Source of the DNA: Vicinamibacteria bacterium
Lineage (GTDB): Bacteria; Acidobacteriota; Vicinamibacteria; Vicinamibacterales; JAENWD01
Reading direction: 5' to 3'
Length of the DNA stretch: 64,000 nt
Assembly: GCA_963743245.1 (NCBI GenBank)
Contig: CAVUPP010000013.1
Location: forward strand, 406,943-470,942
Part shown: in pieces, positions 19,559-30,917 of the stretch
How positions within the stretch are numbered: the first letter of the stretch is position 1
Layout: the number at the start of each line of letters is the position of its first letter
Notes under the pieces: model-generated
Seen by the model: only the letters and a program-made list of their open reading frames with translations
What the model was told of the DNA's origin: nothing
The model's database searches: none
Translations under genes and position numbers: made by a program

Positions 19559-21013
19559 CTACAGCGCGGCGCTCCGCTCGGCGAGCTGCCGCTCCGCGCC
19601 TGCGAGCGCGCCTCGCCGTTCAGCGTACCACTGACGGTCGGTATCGAGCCGGGCACGCGAGGCGTCGAGCGCTAACGAGGTCTGCGCGGGTGCCGGACCG
19701 CCAGGCGTCCGCCGCACGGCCACGAAGTACCGCGGACTGAGGATCTCCTCCAGCCGCTCCGGCGTGTACACGATTCGGCGTCCCAGCAGTTCGAATGCGA
19801 CAGCGGCCAGCGTCTCGTTTGCCTTCGCGTCTGGATGCTCGTTGCGGATGCGCAGGACGCGCGTCGTAATCGTATGCGCCGTCTTGAAGGGCAGGCCATG
19901 CTCGCGCACCAGCGTGTCGGCCAGTTCGGATGTCGTCGTCCCGCCCTGCCCCGCGCGCGCTTCCAGGCGCTCCGCATCGAACGTCGCCGTCTGCATCGCG
20001 GCCGCCACGAGCCGTACGGTCCGCATCGCATCGCGGAACATGCTCCACACGAGCGGCTGCAGATCGTCCTCGGTGTCCACGATGTCGCCGAAGGGCGTGT
20101 TGTGCACGGACAGCGCAATCGCATGGGCCTGTCCGAGCGCTTTGCTCCCAATCGCGCGCGCGTGCTCGATCGCGACGGGGTTCCGCTTCTGCGGCATGAT
20201 GCTGCTGGACTGCACGAATCCGTCACCGAAGCGGACGTAGTTCACCTCCGCCGTGCCCCAGAGCAGCAGATCCTGCACGAACCGTCCCAGGCCGATGAGG
20301 AGCGTCGCGGCCGCATACGTGCTCTCGAGCAGATAGTCGACCGTCGCAATGCTGCCGTAGGTGTTGCCGGTTGGTCCGTCGAAGCCGAGCAGACGGCTCG
20401 TCAGATCGCGGTCGATGGGGAAGCCCGTGCCCGTGATCGCGCAGGCACCCAGCGGATTTCGATTGATGGTGCTGAACGAGGCCTGCAGCCGGAGGGTATC
20501 CCGCTCGACCTGCTCGATGACCGCCAGCAGATAGTGCGCCACGGTCGTGGGCTGCGCCGGCTGCGTGTGTGTGTGCGCCGCCATGATCGTGCCGATGTGC
20601 CGCCCGGCGACGTCGATGAGACTCGTCCGCAGTGTCAGCGCCGCATCGATCAAGACGAGCACGAAATCCCGCTGTCGCATCCGGTACATCGTCATGTCGA
20701 TGTCGTTCCGGCTGCGGGCCGTATGCAGGCGGCCCGCCACATCGTCACCGCAGGCGGCGACGAGCAGCCGCTCGACGTAGAAGAAGAGGTCTTCGTACGT
20801 CCCGTCGTAATCGGCTGAGCGAACCTGTTCGACCGACAGATTGTCGAGTGCTTCACGCAGCCGGTGCGCATCGGGCGCGGAGAGCAGCCCCACGTCCGAC
20901 AGCATGACGAGATGAGCCCGGTGGATCGCCAGCAGCGGCGAGAGGAACAACGCCTTTGCGTCCTCGAAGTTTTCTGTCAGGACGTAGTTGACGTATTCGG
21001 GCGCAAAGGTCAT
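19559..21013 (-). CDS. argH: Argininosuccinate lyase-like C-N lyase (fumarase/aspartase superfamily)
   Basis: LHTARSRND, HTHTQPAQP, SSSIMPQKRNP signature; atypical N-terminus. Confidence 0.75.
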   Translation of the reverse strand: MTFAPEYVNYVLTENFEDAKALFLSPLLAIHRAHLVMLSDVGLLSAPDAHRLREALDNLSVEQVRSADYDGTYEDLFFYVERLLVAACGDDVAGRLHTARSRNDIDMTMYRMRQRDFVLVLIDAALTLRTSLIDVAGRHIGTIMAAHTHTQPAQPTTVAHYLLAVIEQVERDTLRLQASFSTINRNPLGACAITGTGFPIDRDLTSRLLGFDGPTGNTYGSIATVDYLLESTYAAATLLIGLGRFVQDLLLWGTAEVNYVRFGDGFVQSSSIMPQKRNPVAIEHARAIGSKALGQAHAIALSVHNTPFGDIVDTEDDLQPLVWSMFRDAMRTVRLVAAAMQTATFDAERLEARAGQGGTTTSELADTLVREHGLPFKTAHTITTRVLRIRNEHPDAKANETLAAVAFELLGRRIVYTPERLEEILSPRYFVAVRRTPGGPAPAQTSLALDASRARLDTDRQWYAERRGALAGAERQLAERSAAL

Positions 21014-21025
21014 CGCTGCCCTCCG

Positions 21026-22850
21026 TCAATGGGTGCCCGTCAACCAGGATTGCAGATGCGCGCGCTGGTCCGCGGTGGCGGCGGGATCCACTTCGAGGCG
21101 CCAGACGCTCTTGGGTTCCGCGGCGAATGTGACGGACAACTTCACGAGCTTGTCGCGGCGGGCCACGAGCAGGGTGGCGGCATCACCGGGATGATAGGCG
21201 TCGAGGCGCTGGTCCCACTGCTCCGCACGCACCCGGAAATCACCGAGCGCGACGATCTCGTCGTCCACACTCACGCCAGCGGTCTCGGCCGGCGTCTCCC
21301 GCCGGACCTGCGTCACGATGAGACGTCCGTTGTCGTTCCGCGTCACCGCTCCAAGCCACGCCTTCTCGCTGGACGACTGCGAGGACTTGAAGCGCAGACC
21401 GTACCACTGCTGAGCAGCCGTGTAGTCGAGCTCTTCGGTGGACTCGGTGGCACGCTGGAACCAGGAAGAAAGATCGCGGCCGGCCACTTCGGACGCCAGC
21501 GCCTTCCACTGTGCCGTCGTATAGCCGGACGCGCCAGAAAACCGCGCGTACGCGGTCCGCATGACATCGTCCAGACTGCGGCGGTTTCCGGTGGCGCGGC
21601 GGATTTCAGCATCCAGCAGAAAGCCGATCACAGAACCTTTAGTGTAGTAATCCACCGAGACGTTGTTCGAGTTGTCGTCCGGACGATACTGCTTGATCCA
21701 CGCGTCGAACGAAGCGAGCTCGACCGGCTGTACCAGGCGTCCGGGCGTCGTCTGCAGCTTCTCAATCGCGTCCGAGAGCGCGTCGAGATACTCGGGATCG
21801 CTCGACAGGCTGGCGCGGCGGAGAAAGAGGTCGCCGTAGTAGTCCGTCAGTCCTTCGGCGATCCACAGACTGCGGGTGTAGTTTTCGCGATCGTAGTCGA
21901 ACGGGCCGAGCTCCACCGGCCGCAGCCGCTTGACGTTCCAGGCGTGGAAGAACTCGTGCGCGGCGGTAGACAACCAGTCGAGATAGGGCTTGCGCGACGC
22001 CGTCCGCCACCGGCTCGTCATGAGGACGGTCGATGCGTTGTGCTCGATCGCACCGCTGCCTTCGCTGATGACATTGAGGAAGTAGTAGGCCGGATACGGA
22101 ACCGTTCCCCAGAAGGACGTTTCGGCACGGACGATCTGTTCGACGTCGCGCGCGGATTTGGGGCCGTCCCAGACCCCCGCTTCACCGACGTTCACGAGCT
22201 CGTGGCGCACGCCCTCCACGCTGAACCCATATACCGCCGGCGTGCCAAGGACCATCGGAGAATCAACGAGTGTGTCGAAGTCGGGCGCGCGATACGTACG
22301 CGGTCACTGCCTGGTACCGGCGGCAGCGCCGTTTTGACGTCGCTCCAGCCAGCGGGCAGCTCGATACGGACCTCGTGGGGCCGCGCCGCCGGCTCGACGA
22401 GCGAGAGGAACGTCGGCGCACCATTCAAGAGCGCAAAATCCGGATCGATGAAGTTCGAGCGGACGCCCATCTCACGTGCGTAGACACGGTAGCTGACGCG
22501 CACGGACGCCGATCCGCGCGTGTCGATCCGCCACCTGTTCTTGTCTGTCTTTGTCACGGCAGCGGCGGAGCCGTCGGGAAGACGCGCCGCGACCGCCTCC
22601 ACGTTCCGCGAGTACTCGCGCACCAGGTACGAACCCGGCGTCCAGACGGCCATCCGGAGGTCCACCTGCGGCTGTGACGACGTCGGGACGTCCGCCTCGA
22701 CCTCCACGTAGTGCGTCGCCGGGGCCGGAAAGCGGAGCGTGTAGGTGATGGGTGCGAGAGGTCCTGGGGCTGCGTCAGCCATGGGTGCGGACATCAGACT
22801 CGCGAACGCGAAGACGAACACGAAAACGACACCGAACACGGGGGATGTCT
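21026..22850 (-). CDS. M61 glycyl aminopeptidase family with PDZ domain (frameshift near 22300; start approximate)
   Basis: N part in ORF 22192-23130 (MAVWTPGSYLVREYSRNV); C part has IEHNAS, AHEFFHAWNVKR, WIAEGLTDYY, YYTKG and a PDZ domain. Confidence 0.9.
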
Positions 22851-22868
22851 CCAGGCACGCGCGGTGCC

Positions 22869-23257
22869 TCAGGGAAATGTACGCAATCGCGTCGATCTCG
22901 ACGCGGAGGCCCGCGGCTGGCAGCGCAGCCGCCTGCACGGTCGTCCTGGCCGGCCGGTGATTGCCGAACATGCGGGCGTACACCGCGTTCATGCGCTGAA
23001 ACTCGGACATGTCGGTCAGGAAGACGCCGCAGCGGAGCACGTGCTGCAGGCTCGACCCGGCGGCTTCGAGAATCGCCGAGACGTTCTTCAACACCTGCTC
23101 AGTCTGGGCCTCGATGTCAGGACCAGCCATCGCGCCCGTTGACGGGGTCGGTTGCGCCCTGCCCGGACACGAACACGAGGCGCTCGAAGGCCTGCGCGGG
23201 TGAATACGGGCCGGCGGCCGGCGGCAGGCCAGCGGCAGTCACGGATCGATGGCTCAT
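22869..23257 (-). CDS. RidA/YjgF family protein (two apparent 1-nt indels)
   Basis: ATG 23257 MSHRSVTAAGLPPAAGPYSPA...VFVSGQG joins DIEAQTEQVLKNV...PARTTV...VEIDAIAY; removing one T restores AYIP-stop at about 22869. Confidence 0.85.
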
Positions 23258-23342
23258 CGTTCAGGCTCCTGGAGCTGGTGAGGGCACAATCCTGGGACCG
23301 GTCCCTGGCGCCATGCGCCGCATCGCGTAGAGTAGGCCTCAC

Positions 23343-23370
23343 GAAACCAGGGGTGCCTATTCTCCGTCAT
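23343..23370 (+). promoter_or_regulatory. Putative ECF sigma promoter of ADOP permease 1
   Basis: GAAAC-N17-CGTCAT, 56 nt upstream of ATG 23427; same geometry as at 36187. Confidence 0.55.
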
Positions 23371-23426
23371 TTGTATGGTTGGCGGAAAACGGCCGGCCGA
23401 TCGGGTCGCGTCACGAAGGGAACGGT

Positions 23427-25863
23427 ATGAGCCGACTGATGGGCGATCTCAAGTATGCGGTGCGACGGCTGCTGCAGTATCCAGGCTTCGCCGTCGTGGT
23501 CATCGCCACCCTCGCAGTCGGCATTGGTGCGACGACGGCGATTTTCAGTCTCGTCCAGGCAGTGCTGCTTCGACCGCTGCCGTATCCCGAGCCCGAACGG
23601 CTCGTCACGACCTTCCACTTCTATCCTTCGTTGAACAACCTCGAGGCTGGCTTTGCGGTGCCGACGTATCGCGACCTCGGCCAGCGGACGCATCTCTTCG
23701 AGTACTACGCCGTCCTCTCGGGCAACGGGATGACGCTGACCGGCAAGGGGGAGGCGCAGCGTCTCGATGCGGTACAGGCGACAGCAGACTACTTCCGCGT
23801 CCTTGGCGTAGAGGCGGCGCAGGGGCGCACGTTTGCGCCTGGCGAAGACCAGCTCGGACACGATCACGTAGCCGTGCTCAGCCACGCTTTCTGGTCCCGC
23901 AACTTCGGCGCCGACCGCGGCGTGGTCGGACGCACGCTGCAGTTGAATGGTGAACCGTACACCGTAGTCGGTGTCATGCCAGAGACGTTCCGCGACGCGC
24001 GCTCCCGCTCGGTGGACGTCTGGACACCGCTCGCTTTTCAGCCAGAGATGTTCGCGGACAGCCGGCGCACCAATGAATTCCTGGGGATGTTCGGCCGGCT
24101 GCGTCGAGGCGTCTCGGTCGACCAGGCCTCGCGCGACATGATGGCCTTTGCCGAGTCGCTCAAGCACGATTTCAAAGACTCGTATCCGCCCAACTGGTCG
24201 ATCCACACGCGCGCGCTCGCCGAGCAGGGACGCAAGACGGTCCGTCCGGCCCTGCTGGTGCTCCTCGGCGCCGTTGCCGCGGTGCTCCTGATTGCCTGCG
24301 CGAATCTGGCCAACCTTCTGCTGGCCCGCGCCACTGGACGCACGCGCGAGCTCGCCGTGCGCACGGCCATCGGCGCGACGCGCGGCCGCCTCATCGCGCA
24401 GCTCCTGACCGAGAGCGTGGCGTTGTCAGTCGTCGGCGGTGTCCTGGGCGTTGCGCTGGCGTACTGGCTCGTCCGCGGGCTCGTGGCTTGGAATCCGTCG
24501 AATCTGCCCTGGCTGGCCGACGTGAGCCTCGACACGACGGTATTGCTCTTCGCTCTCCTCCTGGCCGTCGTGACCGGGCTCGTCTTCGGCGCCCTTCCCG
24601 CGGTGTACGCATCCAAAGCCGATCTCAATACCGGGCTCCGCGAAGGCGGGCGTTCTGGTGCTGACAGCGTGCGCGGGCAGTTTGCGCGCCGGCTTCTCGT
24701 GGTGTGCGAGCTGGCGCTGGCGCTCGCGCTGCTGGTCGGTGCGGGACTCCTCATCCGCAGCTTCGATCGCCTGGTGCAGGTCAGCCCGGGCTTCGTGTCC
24801 GATCATCTCCTCACCTTCGTGGTGTCGCCTCCGAAAGCGAAATATCCGAAAGACGAAGACCTGGTGCGCTTCTACGACGAGGTGGTGACGCGGATGGCCG
24901 CGGTCGGAGGCGTCGAATCGCTGGGGGCCACCGATACTCTGCCCTTCAGCGGCGACTGGTCCACGACGTCGTTCACGGTCGAAGGCTACCAACCGCCCAA
25001 AGGCCAGCCGAGTCCCTGGGGCGACGTGCGTGCGGTGACGCCTGGCTATCACGCGACAATGCACATCCGTCTGCTGCGGGGCCGCCTGCTGACGGACGCC
25101 GATCGCACCGGCTCACGTCAGGTCACGGTCGTTGACGACGAGACAGTCAGGCGGTACTGGCCGAACAGCGACCCGATCGGCAAACGGATCACGTTCGACG
25201 ACACCGCCAAGCCGCCCGTGAAATGGATCGAAGTCGTCGGCGTCGTCGCGCACACCGCGCACGAGGGCCTGGACGCGGAGCGGCGCGTACAGCTCTATTT
25301 CGCACAGGCCCAGTTCCCCTCGCGCAACATGTGGATGGTGACACGCGCGGCCGGCGATCCGATGGCACTCACGCCTGACCTGAGGCGCGCCCTCGCGGCC
25401 GTGGATCGCGACGTGCCCCTCTACCAGGTGCGGACGATGGACGACCTGATGGAGACCGCGGTCGGCCAGCGGCGGCTCGCCATGGTCCTGCTCGGTGGGT
25501 TTGCATCCATTGCGTTGCTGCTGGCCGCACTCGGCATCTTCGGCGTCATGTCGTACGACGTGACTCGCCGCACGCAGGAGCTCGGGCTGCGCATGGCGCT
25601 CGGAGCGGACCGTCGCAGTGTCCTGACGATGATCGTCGCCAATGGGCTCCGCCTCGTCGCCGCCGGACTGGCCATCGGACTGGTCCTGGCGTTCGCGGGC
25701 GGCCGCCTGATCGAGTCGCAGCTGTTCGGGATCACGACGAGCGATCCGTCGACATTCGTGGGTGTGGCGCTCGTGCTGGCTGCCGTCGCCGCGGTCGCGA
25801 TTCTCGTGCCCGCCATGCGCGCCACGCGCGTGGACCCCATGGAAGCGCTGACGATATGAATAG
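23427..25863 (+). CDS. ADOP-type (acidobacterial duplicated orphan) ABC permease, MacB/FtsX x2
   Basis: DLKYAVRRL..PGF, IGATTAIFS, LLIACANLANLLLARA, RRTQELGLRMALGA; removing one A at the end gives the canonical DPMEALRYE-stop (25863). Confidence 0.92.
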
Positions 25864-25868
25864 ACCAA

Positions 25869-25995
25869 TGACGAATGCAGATTGATGATTGACGATTGGC
25901 TCTCATGGCGCTACACGAGCACTGACGATCGCGGTGCGACGAATCACGACTGTAGGCTTGAGGGCTATTCGTCAGTCGTCAATCTGCATTCGTCA
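25869..25995. repeat. MITE/REP-like element with 29-bp imperfect inverted arms
   Basis: TGACGAATGCAGATTGATGATTGACGATT (25869-25897) vs ATTCGTCAGTCGTCAATCTGCATTCGTCA (25967-25995), 3 mismatches. Confidence 0.8.
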
Positions 25996-26019
25996 ATGCC
26001 GGTGCAGTATCGTTAGCGG

Positions 26020-28930
26020 GTGCGCTCGGCCTAATCAGTGTCTTTCTCTCGGCCTCCTCGTCTCGACCTCCGCCGCAGCCGCGTCCTACTACACCTCACG
26101 TCCTGACGATCCACGCGCCGTTTATCTGACCCGCGAACGATTCGGCGCCGTGGGCGACGGGACCACCGACGACAGCGACGCCATCCAGAAAGCAATCGAC
26201 GCCGTCCAGGAGTCCACCGGCGAGGGCATCGTCTTCGTGCCGGAAGGGAGATACCGGATCTCGCGGACGCTGTATGTCTGGCCCAGCATCCGCGTGATCG
26301 GCTACGGCGCGAACCGGCCGGCCTTCGTGCTGGGGCCACGCACGCCAGGCTTCGACGATCCGGAACACGAGCGCCAACTCGTGTTCTTCGCAGGACGCAG
26401 GCCCGCGCCCGGTGCGGTTCCAGACGATGCGAATCCCGGGACGTTCTATTCGGCGCTGAGCAACGTGGACCTGGAGATCCAGGACGGTAATGCAGGCGCC
26501 GTGGGCGTCCGCGCGAAGTACGCGCAGCACTGCTTCACATCGCACGTCGAGTTCCGCATCGGGTCTGGGCTCGCCGGCGTGCACGAAGGAGGCAACGTCG
26601 CCGAAGACGTCCATTTCGTGGGCGGCGATTACGGCATCTGGACCGGAACGCCGTCACCGGGCTGGCAGTACACGCTCGTGGATGCCTCGTTCGAAGGACA
26701 GCGGCGCGCGGCCATCCGCGAGCACGAGGCCGGTCTCACGTTGATTCGCCCGCACTTTACAAGGGTTCCGACAGCCATCGAGATCGACGAGGGATCGCCA
26801 GACGAGCTGTGGGTCAAGGACGCGCGTCTCGACGACGTGTCGGGACCAGCGTTCGTGATCAGCTTCGAAGGCAACCCACGCACCGAGATCAACATGGAAG
26901 GCGTCGTCTGCCGGCGGGTCCCGGTCTTCGCCGCGTTCCGCGAGAGCGGGCGGCGGCTGGCGGCGCCCGGTGAGCTCTATGCCGTGTCTGCGTTCACGCA
27001 CGGCCTGGGCTACTCGGACATCGACGCACCCGGCAAGACGATGGACATATTCGATGCGCGACGGCTGGAGGCCTGGCCGGAGCCCGTACCCTCCGACCTG
27101 GTGCCGCTGCCGGACGCGACGACCTGGGTCAACGTTCGGACGCTCGGTGCGAAGGGCGATGGCGCCACTGACGATACAGAGGCCTTCCGAAACGCCATCG
27201 CCGCGAATCGCGCGATCTACGTACCGAGCGGGAAGTACATCGTCACCGATACGCTGATGCTGAAGCCGGACACGGTCTTGATCGGCCTGCATCCGAGTGC
27301 CACGCAGCTCGTCGTCCCCGACCGGACGCCAGCGTTTCAAGGCATGGGTCCGCCCCTGCCGCTCCTGGACACGCCAAAGGGCGGCACGAACATCGTGATC
27401 GGGATTGGCTTGTATACGAACGGCATCAACGCGCGAGCGGTGGCCGCGCGGTGGCGCGCCGGCGCGCACTCGATGATGAACGACGTGCGCTTTCTCGGCG
27501 GGCACGGCACCAACGGCCTCGACGGCAAGCGCGAGAATCCCTACAACAGCACGCACAGCGGCGACCCGGATCCCGCGCGGCGATGGGACTCGCAGTATCC
27601 GAGCCTCTGGGTCACGGACGAGGGCGGCGGCACGTTCTTCGATCTGTGGACGCCCAGCACGTTCGCGCAGGCGGGCATGCTGGTCAGCGACACGTCCACA
27701 GGCGGACGCGTCTACCAGGTGTCGAGCGAGCATCACGTGCGCTACGAGGTGCAGATCAAGCGCGCGGCGAACTGGGCAATCTACGCGCTCCAGACCGAGG
27801 GGGAGCGAGGCGAGAGCGGCTTCTCGTCGGCGCTCGAGATCGACGGGTCACGGAACATTACCGTGGCCAACATGCACATGTACCGCGTCATCAGCAGCAA
27901 CCAGCCGTTTCCGTACGCGATTCGTGTCGCCGATTCCGAGGACGTCCGCTTCCGGAACATCCATTCCTATAGCAACAGCAAGGTGGCCTACGACGCCACC
28001 GTCTTCGATAGCGCCCGTCGCCTGGAGCTTCGGCAACGCGAGTTCGCGTGGCTGACGATCGGCGGTGTGCCGAAGGGCGCCGGACCGCGCACCGCTCCAG
28101 TGGCTGCCGCGCGGCATCCGGCGTCGAGCGTGCAGAAACTGGCTGGTGGCTTTCATGACATTTCGGGAGGAGCCGTCGCGCCGTCGGGTGATTTCTATTT
28201 CGTCGATGCGAAATGGAACCGGATCTATCGCTGGTCCATGCACGATCGCGTGTTGACCACGATCGCGGACACGCCGCTGGAGCCGGTGAACCTTGCCTTC
28301 GACAAAGCGGGCAACCTGCTCGTCGTGTCGTACGCGGGGAAGGGCACGATCTATTCAATCGACGCGACCGGCGCCGGTGAGATGCGTCTGCTGTCGGCCG
28401 AGACTGCGCGTCCGCGTCCGGGCATGACAGCGATTCTCCCGAGCGGCGACTGGCGGATTCAGCGTGACGCGAGCGGGCAGCTGCTTGCCCGTACGCACCA
28501 GTTCCTCTCACCTGACGGAACGACCTACATCTCTGCCACGCAGGGATTCGTTGACGGCGTCACGAGCTGGGGCGTCAAGAGCAGCGATCTCGTGCGCACG
28601 TTCGGGCTCACGCCGGCGCGGCCCGGCCAGCGGATCTATTTCACCGCCGAGGCGCAGATGCAAACGTGGTCAGCGTTGGTGGGCGACGACGGCACGCTCG
28701 GCGACGTCAGGCTCCTCGTGAACCAGGGCGGGGAGGGCGTGACGGCAGATGGGGAGGGGCTCGTGTATCTGGCGGCGGGCGATGTCTATGTTTATCGTCC
28801 CGACGGCACGCTGCTGCGCACGATCGCGGTGCCGGAGCGCCCGCTGCAGGTGGTATTTGGTGGACCAGACGGACGCACGCTGTTCATGCCTGCCCGGCAC
28901 GGGTTGTACGCCATCTGGACAGGGCCCTGA
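26020..28930 (+). CDS. Secreted GH55/pectate_lyase_3 beta-helix protein with C-terminal SMP-30/gluconolactonase propeller (start inferred across a small indel)
   Basis: Two GAxGDGxxDD(S/T)xA motifs (FGAVGDGTTDDSDAIQ, LGAKGDGATDDTEAF); C-terminal VPERP..VFGGPDGRTLF; TATCGT-6nt-GTG at 26008-26022. Confidence 0.8.
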
Positions 28931-28975
28931 TCGCAACAATAGCCAGATCGCCGCCAGGACCTCGATCGCAATAAG

Positions 28976-29043
28976 AAATTCAGGTCGGGAGGATATTCTC
29001 AATTACGCCCCCGAAATTGAGAATATCCTCCCGACCTGAATTT
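28976..29043. repeat. Perfect 29-bp-arm palindrome (REP-like, possible bidirectional terminator)
   Basis: AAATTCAGGTCGGGAGGATATTCTCAATT-acgcccccga-AATTGAGAATATCCTCCCGACCTGAATTT between convergent genes. Confidence 0.92.
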
Positions 29044-29708
29044 TATTGCACGATCGCGATAGAGAATCCGTCGTAACCTTTGGATCCAACGGTCTGCAGC
29101 ACCGTAGACGTCACGCGGGGCTCGGCACCAACGCGAGCCAGGTAACGCCGCACACCCTGAACGTTCTGATCCGTGCTGTTGGCATCGGCGACCTTGCCGT
29201 CGCGCACGACGTTGTCGGCGATGATCACGGCGCCAGGTCGCGAGAGCCGAAGCGCCCAGGGCCAGTAGTCCGGATATCCCGTCTTGTCGGCATCGATGAA
29301 CACGAGATCGAACGGACCGGCGCCTTCGGCCTCGAGCGTCGGCAGCGTCTGGATCGCCGGCCCCACCCGGATATCGACGCGATCCGCAAGGCCTGCGCGC
29401 TCGAGGTTCCCACGAGCGACATCGGCGTGCTTCTGTTCGTACTCGAGCGTGACGAGCCGTCCACCGGGCGGCAGCGCCCGCGCCAGCCAGATCGCGCTGT
29501 ACCCGCCGAGCGTCCCGATCTCGAGGATCGTGCGCGCGCCGATCATGCGCGCCAGCAGGTGCAGCAGCTTGCCCTGTGGTGCCGACACGTTGATGGCAGG
29601 CAAACCCGCCGCGCGGCTCGACTCGAGCGCCGCATCGAGCGCGGGGTCCGGCGAAAGACAGACAGAGGCCACGTACTCGTCAACGGCGGTCCAGACAGCA
29701 TCAGGCAT
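29043..29708 (-). CDS. O-methyltransferase (caffeoyl-CoA/MdmC family)
   Basis: MPDAVWTAVDEY, INVSAPQGKLL, LEIGTLGGYS, FIDADK, IADNVVR, KGYDG. Confidence 0.92.
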   Translation of the reverse strand: MPDAVWTAVDEYVASVCLSPDPALDAALESSRAAGLPAINVSAPQGKLLHLLARMIGARTILEIGTLGGYSAIWLARALPPGGRLVTLEYEQKHADVARGNLERAGLADRVDIRVGPAIQTLPTLEAEGAGPFDLVFIDADKTGYPDYWPWALRLSRPGAVIIADNVVRDGKVADANSTDQNVQGVRRYLARVGAEPRVTSTVLQTVGSKGYDGFSIAIVQ

Positions 29709-29721
29709 GGGAGTCAAATGT

Positions 29722-29770
29722 AGGGCACGGGGAAAAGGGGTAAGGGAAAAGGGGTAAGGGCAAAGGGCAG
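29722..29770. repeat. Purine-rich heptamer array (7 units) matching the G-quadruplex consensus
   Basis: AGGGCAC GGGGAAA AGGGGTA AGGGAAA AGGGGTA AGGGCAA AGGGCAG. Confidence 0.85.
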
Positions 29771-29794
29771 TTTGAGAAGGGCCTGAGGGCGAGG

Positions 29795-30891
29795 CTACGC
29801 GCCCTTCCGCCCGAGACCGAGGTTTTTGCGGCAGTACCAGAGCGATCGCTCGAGCTCGCCCTTCTGGTAGTCCTGTTCGGCCTTCGTGCGATCGACGCCA
29901 GCAGGCGGCTCCCACGGCGAGCGGGGCTTGCCGCGTTCCGCGAGGGCGACGAAACGCGCGAACGACGCTGCCGGCATCTGGGGCCACGCTTTCCAGAACG
30001 AGGGATCCAGGTAGGGAAATTCGCGGGCGAAGCCTGAGATGGTCTCGATATGTACCGGGATGCCGGGGCAGAGGTCCTTGAAACGCGCGAAGTACGTGAC
30101 GAGATCGATGTCGCCCTCACCCATGGCCGTCCATTGCACGCTGGCGCCTTTTGGTGTGCGCCACACTGCAGAGTCACGCAGACTGGTGGTGATGGTCAGC
30201 GGGCCCAGCACCTCGAGACTCGCGAGCGGATCCTCGAGCGTCCAGAGCGCATTGCCCGAGTCGAGGTTGACACCGACGTAGTCTTTGCCGGCGGCCTCGA
30301 TCAGCCGAACGACTTCGCTCGAGTGCATGTCGCCAGCGTGGTTCTCGATCGCAATCTTCACGCCGGCGTCGATCGCGCGTGATCGGCAGGCACGGCACAC
30401 CTTGACCGTTTCTGCGATGTGACGCTCGATGCCGCCGTCTGTCAGCCGATCCTCCCACGTGCCGAGCACCGCGCGGATGACCGGAGATCCCACGCCTTGC
30501 GCCACACGAATGGCCAGCGCGAGGTGTTCCTCCGCGGTGCCCCAGTTCGGCTTGAACGCCTTGGAGGTCGGACAGATGCTCCAGGTGCCGACGTGGAGAT
30601 TGACGCTGTTTCTCGCGGGCCTGCGCCTTCACGCCCAGCCAGGTACGGAGCCTCGAACGATTCGAAGGCGTCGAGATCGGTGATGAACAGCGAGTCCGCG
30701 TCGATCGACGCCGCGTAGTCAATCAGCCGCGCGGCTTTCCATCCCATCGCGCGCACGGAAAAGTTGTCGAGGCCGAGCATCGGACGATCCGTCGCGTTCG
30801 CTGCGAAAGCCGGTGGCGACACGTTCGCGCTCAACGTGCCCATGATTGCGGTCGCGGACGAGGCGATGAAGCTGCGGCGAGAGAGTGCCAT
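29795..30891 (-). CDS. Tat-exported sugar phosphate isomerase/epimerase (AP endonuclease 2 TIM barrel); frameshifts near 30640 and 30600
   Basis: LSRRSFI Tat motif, LGLDNFSVR; middle segment GTWSICPTS in another frame; IAIENHAGD, NLDSGN, HIETI. Confidence 0.8.
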
Positions 30892-30917
30892 CTGATTTCG
30901 ATTATCCTACCTTCGGA

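Noticed and set aside
22192-23130. Apparent RidA-M61 peptidase fusion (312-aa ORF)
   Set aside because: Removing one T restores a RidA stop (AYIP*), and the M61 part has its own signal peptide; indel artefact
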